DNA of 64,000 bases from Magnetococcales bacterium (GCA_002753515.1 PEAK01000012.1:2-64001); one strand, 5' to 3'; counted from the stretch's first letter, positions 31,693-41,850 are shown. The notes: generated by a model from the letters alone, not told the origin. Program-made: numbers and translations.

Positions 31693-33143
31693 TCATCAAT
31701 CCCCCTGACGAAAATACGGTGATCGAAAATCCCGATGAAAAGGGGGATGAGTTCCTTGAAGCGGATGCTTTCGGAGATTTCCCCCCTTTGGGTGCGCTCT
31801 ACGTGCTTTCCCATCTGGAAGCCAAGACAACGGGCCACCAATTGTTCTTCAAAGATTGCGTCGGGGAACGCGTCAGGTACCCGGCCTTGCGAACCTGGCT
31901 GGAGGAGATCAGACCTGATATTGTCGGGATCACCAGTTTTACCGTCTGCTTGGTGGACACCCTCAAGACCGCTCGATTGATTCGGGAAATCTTTCCCAAG
32001 GTCCATCTTTGTCTGGGTGGCCACCATCCCATTGCGTTTCCCCACGAAGCGGTGCAGTTGACAGAGTTCGATTCCGTAGTCGTGGGCGAAGGGGAGATCG
32101 CCTTCACCGAGCTGGTGGAGCGCTTGGCTGCGGGTCGTGATTTCACCGATATTCAAGGAGTTTACACCCGGGAAAGTATGCGGCGGTTTGAGAACAATCC
32201 CTTGCGGGATCGCAGGTTCCTCCGGACGGTGACCGTACCCCCCGCCTATGTGGAGGATATCGATTCCCTGCCCATGGTTAACCGCAAGTACATCCGCCAC
32301 ATCCCCTACAAAAACATCATTGGCGCAACCGACAATCTGGCCACCATTCTGCAGTCCCGTGGGTGTCCTTACAAGTGTACCTTTTGCGATGTGCCCTTCA
32401 AAAAATATCGTCGGCGATCTACCCGGTTGGTGGTGGATGAAGTCGAAGCCTGCTTGGCCATGGGATATCGGGAATTCCGATTCTATGACGATCTTTTCAA
32501 CATGCGGGCCCAGGATGTGATTGAGTTTTGCGATGAACTGGAAAAACGCCGGCTTAAAATTGTCTGGGACTTTCGGGGACGGGTCAACACCCTGACCCGG
32601 GAGTGTCTGGTTCGGGCCAAGGCGGCGGGATTGCGTATGGCCTCCTTCGGCGTGGAAACAGCTACTGACGAAGGGATGAAGCTGCTGAAGAAGGGGACCA
32701 ATACCGCCAAGGTACGGGATGCCTTTGCCTGGTGTCGTGAATTAAAGATTTTGACAGTGGCTGATTTCATCATCGGTCTCCCCCACGAAAAAACTGTCGA
32801 AGATGTGCGCAACAACATACGATTCCTGATTTCACTGGATCCCGATTTCGCCCAAATCTCCATTCTGAAGCTCTACCCGAATACCGAACTCTACGATCAG
32901 GCTGTGGCCCAGGGGGTGATCGCCCCCGACCGATGGAAACAGTTTTCCCTGAATCCCCACAAAGATTTCAGGATTGACCATTGGGAACAATACCTTGATC
33001 TGCCCACCCAGGTTGCTCTGCAACGCTGGGCCTACCGAAAATTTTATTTCCGCCCGCAGTACATTTGGCGCAGCTTGCTTTCGGTACGTTCCATTTACGA
33101 GTTCAAGTCGAAAGCCAAGGGCGTGTTGCAACTTCTCCAATGA
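31680..33143 (+). CDS. Cobalamin-dependent radical SAM protein
   Basis: N-terminal B12-binding region (PPLG, GGHHP, GEGE) plus SRGCPYKCTFC (CxxxCxxC). Confidence 0.9.
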   Translation: MRVLIINPPDENTVIENPDEKGDEFLEADAFGDFPPLGALYVLSHLEAKTTGHQLFFKDCVGERVRYPALRTWLEEIRPDIVGITSFTVCLVDTLKTARLIREIFPKVHLCLGGHHPIAFPHEAVQLTEFDSVVVGEGEIAFTELVERLAAGRDFTDIQGVYTRESMRRFENNPLRDRRFLRTVTVPPAYVEDIDSLPMVNRKYIRHIPYKNIIGATDNLATILQSRGCPYKCTFCDVPFKKYRRRSTRLVVDEVEACLAMGYREFRFYDDLFNMRAQDVIEFCDELEKRRLKIVWDFRGRVNTLTRECLVRAKAAGLRMASFGVETATDEGMKLLKKGTNTAKVRDAFAWCRELKILTVADFIIGLPHEKTVEDVRNNIRFLISLDPDFAQISILKLYPNTELYDQAVAQGVIAPDRWKQFSLNPHKDFRIDHWEQYLDLPTQVALQRWAYRKFYFRPQYIWRSLLSVRSIYEFKSKAKGVLQLLQ

Positions 33144-33150
33144 GCGGGTC

Positions 33151-34479
33151 ATGAGCGAATCTTCCCGAGGACCCCTGCGGCATTTCACCTGTGTCGGCGC
33201 ATACGAGCGCTGTCAGGCGGCCTGTATGGAGCCGGATCGCTATCGTGCCCTCCTGGCCTTGCCAGCCAACAAGCCGGTGATCGCCATGGGCGCAGGACTT
33301 TCCTTGGCGGGGGCGGGTTTTTCCCCCGATGCTTTGACAGTGGACATGCGCCACTTCAACAGAATTCTTGATCTTGACCAGAATGGAATGACCCTCCATG
33401 TGGAAGCGGGAGCGACCCTGGCTTCCCTGTTCCCCTTTTTGGCGGACAGGGGCCTCATGATTGCCGTGCAACCGGGTCATCCGGGCATCACCATCGGCGG
33501 CTGCATCGCCGGCAACATACATGGGAAAAACCAGTATCGCATTGGCACCTTCGCTGATCTCGTGGAGGGAATTCGTCTTTTTCATCCCGCCCACGGCATT
33601 TTGGATCTGGATCGGCAGCGTCACGCCGACGTGTTTGAACTCACCGTGGGCGGTTGCGGATTGACCGGTATCCTGCTTTCGGCCCGGATTCGCCTGCATC
33701 CCGAGGCGGGAAGAAGTTGTCTTGTGCGGCATACGCCCGTGGCTGGCATGCAGGAAGCGGTGCAACAGATGAAAGGCCAACAGCAACATGAAGATTTCAT
33801 GTACAGTTGGCACGATGTCACCCCCTTTGGGGGAAGTTCCGGCAAAGGTTTTCTGGTCTCCGGACGTTTCGTGTCCGGGACACACGAGCGGAACGGCTGG
33901 CGCAACCATCCTCCCCTCAATCACGCGTCCCCTTGGCCGTTGCCGGTCTTCAACGGACTCACCCTGCCAATCATCAATGGGATCTACCGGCGGTTGAAAC
34001 AGGGGTATGCGGGAACCGAAGATCTGTTCACATCCTTGTTTCCGTTCGCCATCATGCCCAGCTATTTCCATGCCTACGGACCCAGAGGTTTCATCGAACA
34101 TCAGGTACTGATCCCTGATGCGCATATCATCGACTACCTGGAGCGTTTCCTGGCCCTGGCGCACGATTTCCGGCAATCTTTCGGCATGGTTTCCCTCAAA
34201 CGCTTTCGCGGGGAGAGAAAGCTGTTACGCTACAGCGGTGACGGTTTCAGTGTGGGCCTGCACCTGCCCGCAACACCCAAGGCCATCCGGTTTTTGGCGC
34301 AACTCGACGAAATCGACACGCAGTTCAATGGAATAGCTAATATTATCAAGGATTCACGGCTTTCGGCTTCCGTAGTGGCCGCTCAGTTCCCAGAATATGT
34401 CCAGTTTCGCGAACGCTTGGCCACCTTCGATCCCGGGCGGATTTTCACTTCCATGCTTTCCAGGAGGCTTGCGTTGTGA
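33151..34479 (+). CDS. FAD-binding oxidoreductase, DprE1-like
   Basis: TIGGCIAGNIHGKN, T.GGCGLTG, YGPRGF.EHQ, SLKRF and KDSR motifs. Confidence 0.82.
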   Translation: MSESSRGPLRHFTCVGAYERCQAACMEPDRYRALLALPANKPVIAMGAGLSLAGAGFSPDALTVDMRHFNRILDLDQNGMTLHVEAGATLASLFPFLADRGLMIAVQPGHPGITIGGCIAGNIHGKNQYRIGTFADLVEGIRLFHPAHGILDLDRQRHADVFELTVGGCGLTGILLSARIRLHPEAGRSCLVRHTPVAGMQEAVQQMKGQQQHEDFMYSWHDVTPFGGSSGKGFLVSGRFVSGTHERNGWRNHPPLNHASPWPLPVFNGLTLPIINGIYRRLKQGYAGTEDLFTSLFPFAIMPSYFHAYGPRGFIEHQVLIPDAHIIDYLERFLALAHDFRQSFGMVSLKRFRGERKLLRYSGDGFSVGLHLPATPKAIRFLAQLDEIDTQFNGIANIIKDSRLSASVVAAQFPEYVQFRERLATFDPGRIFTSMLSRRLAL

Positions 34480-35222
34480 AAGCCTTGGTCATCGGTGCTT
34501 CAGCGGGTTTGGGACGTGCCCTGGCGCAGCAACTCGGGGCCTCTGGGCATGAGCTGTATCTGGTGGCATCGGATCAGCGGGATTTGTTGCCCCTGGCACA
34601 GGATCTTTCCCTGCGCTATGGTGTAACGGTTCATTGCGCGGCCATTGATCTGGCTGATCTGGATCCAGATGCCCTGCGACACCAGGTTTTGGAGAAAATG
34701 CCCTCCCTGTCGGCCCTGTTCTACGTGGCTGGCTGCGCCTTCAACCAGGACAATGGGCCAGTACCCGCCGTGGTGGCAGACCGCCTCCTGAAGGTTAACT
34801 TCACCTCGGGTGCGCGCATTATCAACGCCTTTCTCGACCACCTGGACGCGCAACCACGGGGCCTCGTGGTGGGCATCGGTGCCGTGGCCGCAGTGCGGGC
34901 GCGTGGCGACAACATGATCTACGCTGCCGCGAAAAGGGGCTTGGAGTTCTACTGCGCCGCCTTGCGACACAGATACAACCGAAGACCACTGACGGTGCAA
35001 TTTTACCGGGTCGGCTACATGCTCACCAGCATGTTGGGGGGCAGCGAAACGCCGCTACCCGCTGCCGCCCCGGAAAAAATAGCGGCGCATATCGTCGCGC
35101 ATCTGGAAGATGATTTTGGCATGCGGCATCTCCCTGGTTGGTGGTATTGGGTTTGCCTCGTTCTCAAATTATTGCCCTGGACGATCTTCAAACGCCTTTC
35201 CCTGGAGGCTCCCGGGCGCTGA
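34476..35222 (+). CDS. Short-chain dehydrogenase/reductase, DprE2-like
   Basis: GASAGLG, RARGDNMIYAAAK (YxxxK) and T.MLGG motifs; GTGA overlap with the DprE1-like gene. Confidence 0.8.
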   Translation: MKALVIGASAGLGRALAQQLGASGHELYLVASDQRDLLPLAQDLSLRYGVTVHCAAIDLADLDPDALRHQVLEKMPSLSALFYVAGCAFNQDNGPVPAVVADRLLKVNFTSGARIINAFLDHLDAQPRGLVVGIGAVAAVRARGDNMIYAAAKRGLEFYCAALRHRYNRRPLTVQFYRVGYMLTSMLGGSETPLPAAAPEKIAAHIVAHLEDDFGMRHLPGWWYWVCLVLKLLPWTIFKRLSLEAPGR

Positions 35223-36818
35223 TTCCCCTTTTTCCCGGTCGGGGCCGGGGTGAAACAGTTTGCTGATCCATGGATTGTATTGAATACCGACGATACCACC
35301 CAGGATGATCAGGAAATCAAAGGGGAGACGGTACTCCGGGAACTGATGCACCAATCCTGATATCATGATCACGCCGAAGGCGGGGGCCAACATGACCATC
35401 AGCAGTCGCGCCCTTTTGCGAAATCTGTCCACAAAGGGCAGCAGCAGGGAGGCGGCCAGAAAAATCAGCATGGGTGGTACCATGGGTATCAAAGCCATTT
35501 TTGCAATCATGGCGACATGGTAGTTGCCTTGGACCTCGAACATCTTCCAAGCCTCCGCCAGTTTTTTCTTGATCGATTGCTCCTTCGCCGTTGGTTTCCG
35601 CTCTTTTTCCAGTATTCTTGGGACATTGAGTTGCTTCATGGCTTCAGGCGTAGAGGAATAAGCCAAGTGAATGTTGACGGGATTGGGTACGGACGGCGGG
35701 GTAATGGGTTGTCCGGAATCAGAAATTTGGTTGTCTTCCAGGTTTTCTGGCGTAGCGGAGGCCGGTTTCGAAGAATGTTCGGGAAGGGCGGGGCTGTATG
35801 CATCCACGAACATGTGCAGAATCATGGAAAAGATCGTTTTGGCGAACTCCCCGGGTCGGGAAACGATACTCTCCATAGAAGCGCGGAAGAGAATACCCCG
35901 GTCGATGACCCTGTCCAAATAGAGCAGATCGGAAAATTTACGGATGTCCCAGCGGTATTCCAAGAAATCCTTGATACTCACCCTGTTTTCCACATAGACG
36001 GGTTTGGCGAGCAGCTCCCGCTCCACCAATTGAAGGAGCTTACGGTTTTCCGGGCCATATTCCGCAGAGAAACCGGGACCGAAACGATAAACATGTAATG
36101 TCGGGATATAACCGCTGAGGGACGGAAAGGAGAAACGGTCAAAGGTGGCTTGATTGTAGACCAACATGCAGAACAGACCCGCTGTGAACCCGGCAGCGAT
36201 GGTCATGGTTTTGAACAGGTTTTTCTTGGTAAATCCGAAACAGAGCAGAGGGAAGAAAGCTGCTGTCAGATAGAGGATGGCGGTCTGACGGAAAAGTATT
36301 GGGAGGAATGTGGCCAGTCCAAGCAGGAAAAGCCCGAAGGATTTTTCCATCTTGTAATAACGCATCATCAACACACTCCAAAGCGCCATGGCCAGACAAA
36401 GGAGAAAGTCCCCGTCCACCTTGAGAAAAAGTATGGTAACCTGGACATGAAAGAGCATGATGAGGGAAGTTATGCGGGCCGTTGTGCGGCTGAAGGCAAG
36501 TCCCAACATATAGACACAGAGCAAAAACAGCAGATAGGTTGAAAGCATGGCCAGTACCATGCCCGGGCGTCCCATCTCAAAAAACCACCCCAGCAGGTAA
36601 GAGGCCCCTACGGGCCGAAAAAAAGCTCCCCCAGTTTGAAGTCCATAATAATGTTCCAGAAAGGTCCAGTATTCCCTTCCCGGCAACAATGGCCACCCGG
36701 CATAGGCAAAGAGATAGGTGAAACATCCCAGGAGCATCAGCGTCAGGATGAATCTGGCGTCTTCGCGCATGGCGTTGAGTAGCCGGGGATTGCTGGTTTG
36801 AGTGTGGTGGGACATCAT
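35169..36818 (-). CDS. Polytopic membrane protein, probable GT-C (ArnT/PMT-like) glycosyltransferase
   Basis: About 10 hydrophobic segments, a large extracytoplasmic loop, FRPVG and EYRLP motifs; convergent with the glycosylation operon. Confidence 0.55.
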   Translation of the reverse strand: MMSHHTQTSNPRLLNAMREDARFILTLMLLGCFTYLFAYAGWPLLPGREYWTFLEHYYGLQTGGAFFRPVGASYLLGWFFEMGRPGMVLAMLSTYLLFLLCVYMLGLAFSRTTARITSLIMLFHVQVTILFLKVDGDFLLCLAMALWSVLMMRYYKMEKSFGLFLLGLATFLPILFRQTAILYLTAAFFPLLCFGFTKKNLFKTMTIAAGFTAGLFCMLVYNQATFDRFSFPSLSGYIPTLHVYRFGPGFSAEYGPENRKLLQLVERELLAKPVYVENRVSIKDFLEYRWDIRKFSDLLYLDRVIDRGILFRASMESIVSRPGEFAKTIFSMILHMFVDAYSPALPEHSSKPASATPENLEDNQISDSGQPITPPSVPNPVNIHLAYSSTPEAMKQLNVPRILEKERKPTAKEQSIKKKLAEAWKMFEVQGNYHVAMIAKMALIPMVPPMLIFLAASLLLPFVDRFRKRARLLMVMLAPAFGVIMISGLVHQFPEYRLPFDFLIILGGIVGIQYNPWISKLFHPGPDREKGESAPGSLQGKAFEDRPGQ

Positions 36819-37084
36819 TTCTTTTTGAGGGGGGAGTGGGCGTTCCATGGTTCCGGGATGCTTGTTTAATTGAGTCGACCAAACGTGACTAACCTAACCG
36901 TCTTGTTCAAAGAATGGAAGGATGAACAACGTTTTTGTGCAATCTGGAATTTGCCAAGAACTATAATGTACAATTGGTTACCCATTGGCAAAAGGACCGG
37001 ATCGTTCTCATGGATGGACGCGAGTTGAATGTGTCTCATCCAGGAAACCGGGCTCACTCAAAAATATGATTGGAGGAACAACAC

Positions 37085-38164
37085 ATGTCACGTAAACAGG
37101 CTGCAGGGGTACTGTTTTTAAGCGCACTTCTGGGAACGGTCGCTGTACAAACCGTTGATGCCAAAACACAAATTTCAACATCCACAACCAACTTGACGAT
37201 CAATGGCAAGTCCATGGCGGTGTACACCGTGCAAAGCGATGGCACGCCCTACTACGGCACCAATAATGCCGCTGGTTTCCCAACCAGTGGCACCAGTTAT
37301 CTGCACACCCCGTCAGCACAATCCTACACATTCTACATCCCCGCCGCGCCAACCTTGGCCGGTACCGCCGCTTCGCCTGTTTATACCCCTTTGGGGCTGT
37401 CGAACAGCTTGGGCGTTGCCTTCGATGGCGTCCCGTACGACCCCCTGACCAGCAATTGCAACGGTTCCAAGTCAACTTCCAATAGCTGTACTTTCCGCAT
37501 CGAGGGACGATTGCAGACGACTCCGGCGACTGCCAGCAGTGCCTATGGAACCGGTCGTTTGGGTTTTGACACCCACAATGGCCATTCCCAATCCAATGGA
37601 TCCTATCATTATCACAGCATTCCCTGTGGCATCTCCACGGGGAGTTCGGCATTGATCACATGCAGCCCGATGGTTGCGAACAACCCTTGGACTGCGTTGC
37701 CGAGTACAGCGACTGTCGTCGGTTATGCCCGGGACGGTTTTCCCATTGTGGTACAGAACGGTGTCACGGCCAACTATGCCGTGGTTTCAGCCGCTGCTTC
37801 CGGTCGGCCTTCCACCAACCCCGTCGATTCCACCAACCAACTGGGCAACTGGTCCGCAGACATGATGACCCTCCTGGCCTCGGGTAGCACTACCTTTACC
37901 CAGGCCAATCTGCCAGCCAACAAAACGTTTGGTGATTTCGTCTACAAAGGCCCGAGTACGTTGGGAACTTCTTCCACCGCCCTGGGTTTGTGCAACGAAG
38001 CCCCCAATACCAACCCCAACATTAAAACAATGGCAGGGGTTCAGGCAGCTTATGTCTATTATCTGACTCCCAATTTTCCCATGGTTCCCAGGTGTTTGAT
38101 TGGTGTAACCGATGCCGCAACAGCCACGACTCAGGGATTTTACCATGCGGGTAGCTACGATTGA
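37085..38164 (+). CDS. Secreted YHYH-domain protein
   Basis: Signal peptide; GVAFDGVPY, NGH.QSNGSYHYH, GYARDGFPI and YYLTPNFP.VPRC motifs. Confidence 0.75.
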   Translation: MSRKQAAGVLFLSALLGTVAVQTVDAKTQISTSTTNLTINGKSMAVYTVQSDGTPYYGTNNAAGFPTSGTSYLHTPSAQSYTFYIPAAPTLAGTAASPVYTPLGLSNSLGVAFDGVPYDPLTSNCNGSKSTSNSCTFRIEGRLQTTPATASSAYGTGRLGFDTHNGHSQSNGSYHYHSIPCGISTGSSALITCSPMVANNPWTALPSTATVVGYARDGFPIVVQNGVTANYAVVSAAASGRPSTNPVDSTNQLGNWSADMMTLLASGSTTFTQANLPANKTFGDFVYKGPSTLGTSSTALGLCNEAPNTNPNIKTMAGVQAAYVYYLTPNFPMVPRCLIGVTDAATATTQGFYHAGSYD

Positions 38165-38190
38165 TCGTTAGTTGACCCGAATCGCACATA

Positions 38191-38235
38191 ATAAGGGCTG
38201 CCACAGGGGGGGTACATCCCTGGGGCAGCCCTTAT
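38191..38235. terminator. Bidirectional hairpin between convergent genes
   Basis: ATAAGGGCTGCC (38191-38202) pairs with GGCAGCCCTTAT (38224-38235), plus an inner CAGGG/CCCTG pairing; T-run follows on the + strand. Confidence 0.6.
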
Positions 38236-38248
38236 TTTCATTAATTTT

Positions 38249-39106
38249 TCATGGAATGGGAGCGTTATTTTCCACCCCGGGCATGCGGAGGGGATCAACC
38301 CGTTGACCGCGCACCAGGGTGCCCCAGTGCAGATGGGGACCGGTAGAACGACCCGTGGTACCAACGTAACCAATGGTTTGCCCTTGTGTGACCCAATCGC
38401 CCTCGGCAACCAGCATCTGGTCCAAGTGGGCGTAAAGGGAAACGACTCCGTGGCCATGATGCAGTACCAACGTGTTGCCGGTCAGTACATAGTTTGCCCC
38501 GGCCAGGGCAACCAAACCCGCAGCCGTAGCCTGGACCAATGTCCCCTTGGGGGCCGCAATATCAACACCATTGTGGGGATTTTTGGGTTTGCCGTTCAGG
38601 ATGCGCCGGCTGCCGAATACCCCGGAAAACCGTCCTGTAACGGGTTGCCGAAAACCATTCTGAAAACCAACCTGGCCATCTCGCAAACGGTAGACCGCTT
38701 TGATGGATTCGGTCTCGCGCTGGATCCGTTCTTCGAGCGCCTTGTTGGGGGGAGTCACCTTGCCTTCCGGCAAACTGATCCGTTCTTCCTGATAATTCCT
38801 TTTGGCTACGGTCATTTCTTTACGCAAGGTCTCCCGACGACCATCGGGATTCGCCAAGGTGACTTCGATGGTGACGGCTCCGGGAGGCGCTTCCATATCC
38901 ATGCCGATCACTGCCAACCCGTCCGGGGTGATGGGAAACGGGGAGGCGTTGAGCTTGCCGCTCGCTTTGGCTCCGGGTGACAAGCCAATTATCCGGAGAA
39001 GGACAGCCGTTCCCTGATCCAGGGGACCGGATAACTCCAGGGTGGCCGCTCCTGCTTGAGTTGCAAAGAAATACAGAAATAACATGAATATTCCAGAACG
39101 AATCAT
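38249..39106 (-). CDS. M23 family metallopeptidase
   Basis: HNGVDIAAP (HxxxD) and TGPHLHW (HxH) motifs; signal peptide. Confidence 0.9.
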   Translation of the reverse strand: MIRSGIFMLFLYFFATQAGAATLELSGPLDQGTAVLLRIIGLSPGAKASGKLNASPFPITPDGLAVIGMDMEAPPGAVTIEVTLANPDGRRETLRKEMTVAKRNYQEERISLPEGKVTPPNKALEERIQRETESIKAVYRLRDGQVGFQNGFRQPVTGRFSGVFGSRRILNGKPKNPHNGVDIAAPKGTLVQATAAGLVALAGANYVLTGNTLVLHHGHGVVSLYAHLDQMLVAEGDWVTQGQTIGYVGTTGRSTGPHLHWGTLVRGQRVDPLRMPGVENNAPIP

Positions 39107-40449
39107 GATGGTTTCCTGACTTGTTGCACGGTAGCATCGAATTCGGCATCAACCAGGTGAATGGTTACAATATCTCCCGGTTTGACGGTTTTGCCACTTT
39201 TTTGCAAGGTGCCGCGTTTGTTGTAAACGAGGGCATATCCCCGGTCGAGGACCGCCTTGGGGGAGACCCCGTGCAGACGGGCTATCAAGGCCGCCAATTG
39301 GTCCGCTTGCCGCAGAAAATAGACGCGCATGACCTGTGACAGCCGCTGTTGATCATGTTGCAAGCGAGTTTGTTGCACCGGAAACGTCCGCGCCGGCCAT
39401 TGTTTCAAGCGCTGTTGCAGATTGGACAATTCTGGTACACGTCGTTGGAGGGCTTGCAAGGTGGTGTTGTGGAGGCGCTCGGTCAATTCATCAATACGAA
39501 AGCGTTGGCTGTCGATATGCCGGCGGGGATGCGTCAAACGCCCCTTGGTTTGGCTTAACCGGTGCTGATGATGTACCAGGAGAGAGGAAAAACCGCGAAT
39601 CAAATTTTGTCGCGCTTGCCACAATCGTTGTTGCAGGTGGTCAAGTTCCGGCATCACCATTTGCGCAGCGGCGGATGGGGTCGGGGCACGGACATCGGCG
39701 GCCAGATCGACAAGCGTTGTATCGACTTCGTGACCAACCGCACTGATGATGGGAATGGGGCTCGCAGCGATGGCCCGAACGATGCGCTCGTCGTTAAATA
39801 CGGCCAAATCATCGGTGGAACCGCCGCCGCGACCACAAATAATCACCTCGGGACGTCCATCCGCCACCAGTTGTTGCAGGGCGGAAACAATCTCCAGGGC
39901 GGCTTGATCTCCCTGGACCCGGGCGTGGGCGACGAGCAGGTGATAACCCACACGACGATCATCAAGAACTCGGATGACATCTTGCAGGGCAGCGCCAGTC
40001 CTGGAGGTGACGATACCAATAACACCGGGAAAATAGGGGAGAGGTCGTTTGCGATCGGGGTCAAACAATCCTTCACGACTTAGTTGGGCGTGAAGTTTCA
40101 GCAAACGCTCACGGGCATCCCCTGCCCCATCGTCCTGCATCCCTTCGACAATCAGTTGGTATTCACCCCGAGGCGCGTAAACGGCGATCCGTCCGGTGAT
40201 GATGACGGATTGTCCAATTTTGGGCTGCGTATTCAATCGCTTACGGTTGCCTTTCCAAATGACGCAACGAATACGCGACTGACCATCAATCAGGGCAAAA
40301 TAAACATGTCCCGATGCCGGTTGGGCCAGATCCGACAATTCTCCCCGGACTCGAACGTAGGCAAAGCGATTTTCCAGCAAGTCGCGGATTGCTTCGTTGA
40401 GTCCGGTGACGGACAAAATATCATTCCAATGGGGTTCCGAAGTTTCCAT
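39103..40449 (-). CDS. xseA: Exodeoxyribonuclease VII large subunit
   Basis: SGHVYF.L.D, RGGGS, SAVGHEVD and RAPTPSAAA motifs. Confidence 0.95.
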   Translation of the reverse strand: METSEPHWNDILSVTGLNEAIRDLLENRFAYVRVRGELSDLAQPASGHVYFALIDGQSRIRCVIWKGNRKRLNTQPKIGQSVIITGRIAVYAPRGEYQLIVEGMQDDGAGDARERLLKLHAQLSREGLFDPDRKRPLPYFPGVIGIVTSRTGAALQDVIRVLDDRRVGYHLLVAHARVQGDQAALEIVSALQQLVADGRPEVIICGRGGGSTDDLAVFNDERIVRAIAASPIPIISAVGHEVDTTLVDLAADVRAPTPSAAAQMVMPELDHLQQRLWQARQNLIRGFSSLLVHHQHRLSQTKGRLTHPRRHIDSQRFRIDELTERLHNTTLQALQRRVPELSNLQQRLKQWPARTFPVQQTRLQHDQQRLSQVMRVYFLRQADQLAALIARLHGVSPKAVLDRGYALVYNKRGTLQKSGKTVKPGDIVTIHLVDAEFDATVQQVRKPS

Positions 40450-40594
40450 TAATTTTTTTTTGTCATCTTTTTGAAAATGTTAAAATATTAAGACGAGCGT
40501 TCCGATCCTCCCTCGTCTTGTTGCCATTTTTCGGGCGGTGCCGGGACCGAACGGTACGGGTCATGCGTCTATTGGCACCCCAAGGAAACACCTT

Positions 40595-41656
40595 TCATCG
40601 GGATACTTGCAAGGGGAGACGTCTGGATCCCCAGATTCCGGGTTTGGCTTCCAGGACACCACCACAGGGTGTTTGGCAAAAACGGCACCGGCCTTGTTCG
40701 TCAAGATTCCATTGGCCCAGGGTGTAACCGGAGCGTTCGATTAACAATTGGTCGCATTCATGACACCAGGTGCTTCCCCACTGACGGTCAACAATATTCC
40801 CGGCATATACATAATGAATCCCGTTATTTCTGGCAATCTGACATGCGTTAATCAGGGATGTCATGGGCGTAGGGGGAATGGTTCGCATTTTCCAATCGGG
40901 GTGGAATGCGGAAAAGTGGATGGGGATGCCGGGGCCCAGGTGTTCGACAACCCATTGGGTGAGTTGTTGGAGTTCGCTGGTGGAATCGTTGACGCCGGGG
41001 ATCAGAAGGGTCGTGAGTTCCAGCCACACCTTGGTTTCTTTGGCAACGTATTCGATGATGTCGAGAACGGGTTGCAGGTGACCGCCGCAAAGGTGGTGGT
41101 AGAAGTCGTCGGAGAATGCTTTCAAGTCGATATTGGCGGCGTCCATGTGGGAAAAGAAAAGTTCGGCGGGTTTGGGGTTGATATAGCCGGCGGTGACGGC
41201 CACGGATTGGATGCCTTGTTCGTGGCAAGCTCGGGCGCAATCGATGGCGTATTCCAGGAAGATAACGGGATCGTTGTAGGTATAGGCAACGCTACGACTG
41301 CCGGAGTGTTTGGCCATGTGGGCGATATCTGCGGGGGAGGCTTGGTTGGCGAGTCGGTCCATGTGGGTGGATTTGGAGATATCCCAATTTTGGCAAAATT
41401 TACAGGTCAGGTTACACCCGGCGGTGCCAAAGGAAAGGATGGGGGTTCCGGGGAGGAAATGGTTGAGTGGTTTTTTTTCAATGGGGTCAACGCAAAAGCC
41501 GCTGGAACGACCGTAGGTGTCGAGGACCATTTGGTTGTTGTGTCGCGAGCGGACGAAGCAGACTCCCTTTTGATTTTCTGAAAGTTGGCAATGTCTTGGG
41601 CAGAGGTCGCATTGAATACGATCATTTTCCAGTGGGTGCCAGTAGCCGACGTTCAT
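40595..41656 (-). CDS. amrS: AmmeMemoRadiSam system radical SAM enzyme
   Basis: CDLCPRHC, DPIEKKPL.HF.PG, GCNLTCKFCQN and YVYAGN motifs. Confidence 0.9.
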   Translation of the reverse strand: MNVGYWHPLENDRIQCDLCPRHCQLSENQKGVCFVRSRHNNQMVLDTYGRSSGFCVDPIEKKPLNHFLPGTPILSFGTAGCNLTCKFCQNWDISKSTHMDRLANQASPADIAHMAKHSGSRSVAYTYNDPVIFLEYAIDCARACHEQGIQSVAVTAGYINPKPAELFFSHMDAANIDLKAFSDDFYHHLCGGHLQPVLDIIEYVAKETKVWLELTTLLIPGVNDSTSELQQLTQWVVEHLGPGIPIHFSAFHPDWKMRTIPPTPMTSLINACQIARNNGIHYVYAGNIVDRQWGSTWCHECDQLLIERSGYTLGQWNLDEQGRCRFCQTPCGGVLEAKPGIWGSRRLPLQVSR

Positions 41657-41685
41657 GTTTGCATTTCTTTATGAAAGGGATAGGT

Positions 41686-41850
41686 CTGGAAAGGGTCTGG
41701 ACCCTTTCCAGCAGGGTTTGGGACAGCGTCCCAAGGTTTTTTTCGCCCCCCTTGATCAGGAAGCATTTTCGCGTTTTTTGCGAAAATGCGCCTGGGGGCG
41801 CACCTTAGCTGTGGGATTCCTTGGCGGGTTTGGCCAAGGAATCCCACAGC
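41686..41850. repeat. Cluster of perfect hairpins upstream of amrS
   Basis: Stems at 41686-41711, 41718-41734, 41763-41789 and 41808-41850 (18 bp perfect). Confidence 0.7.
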
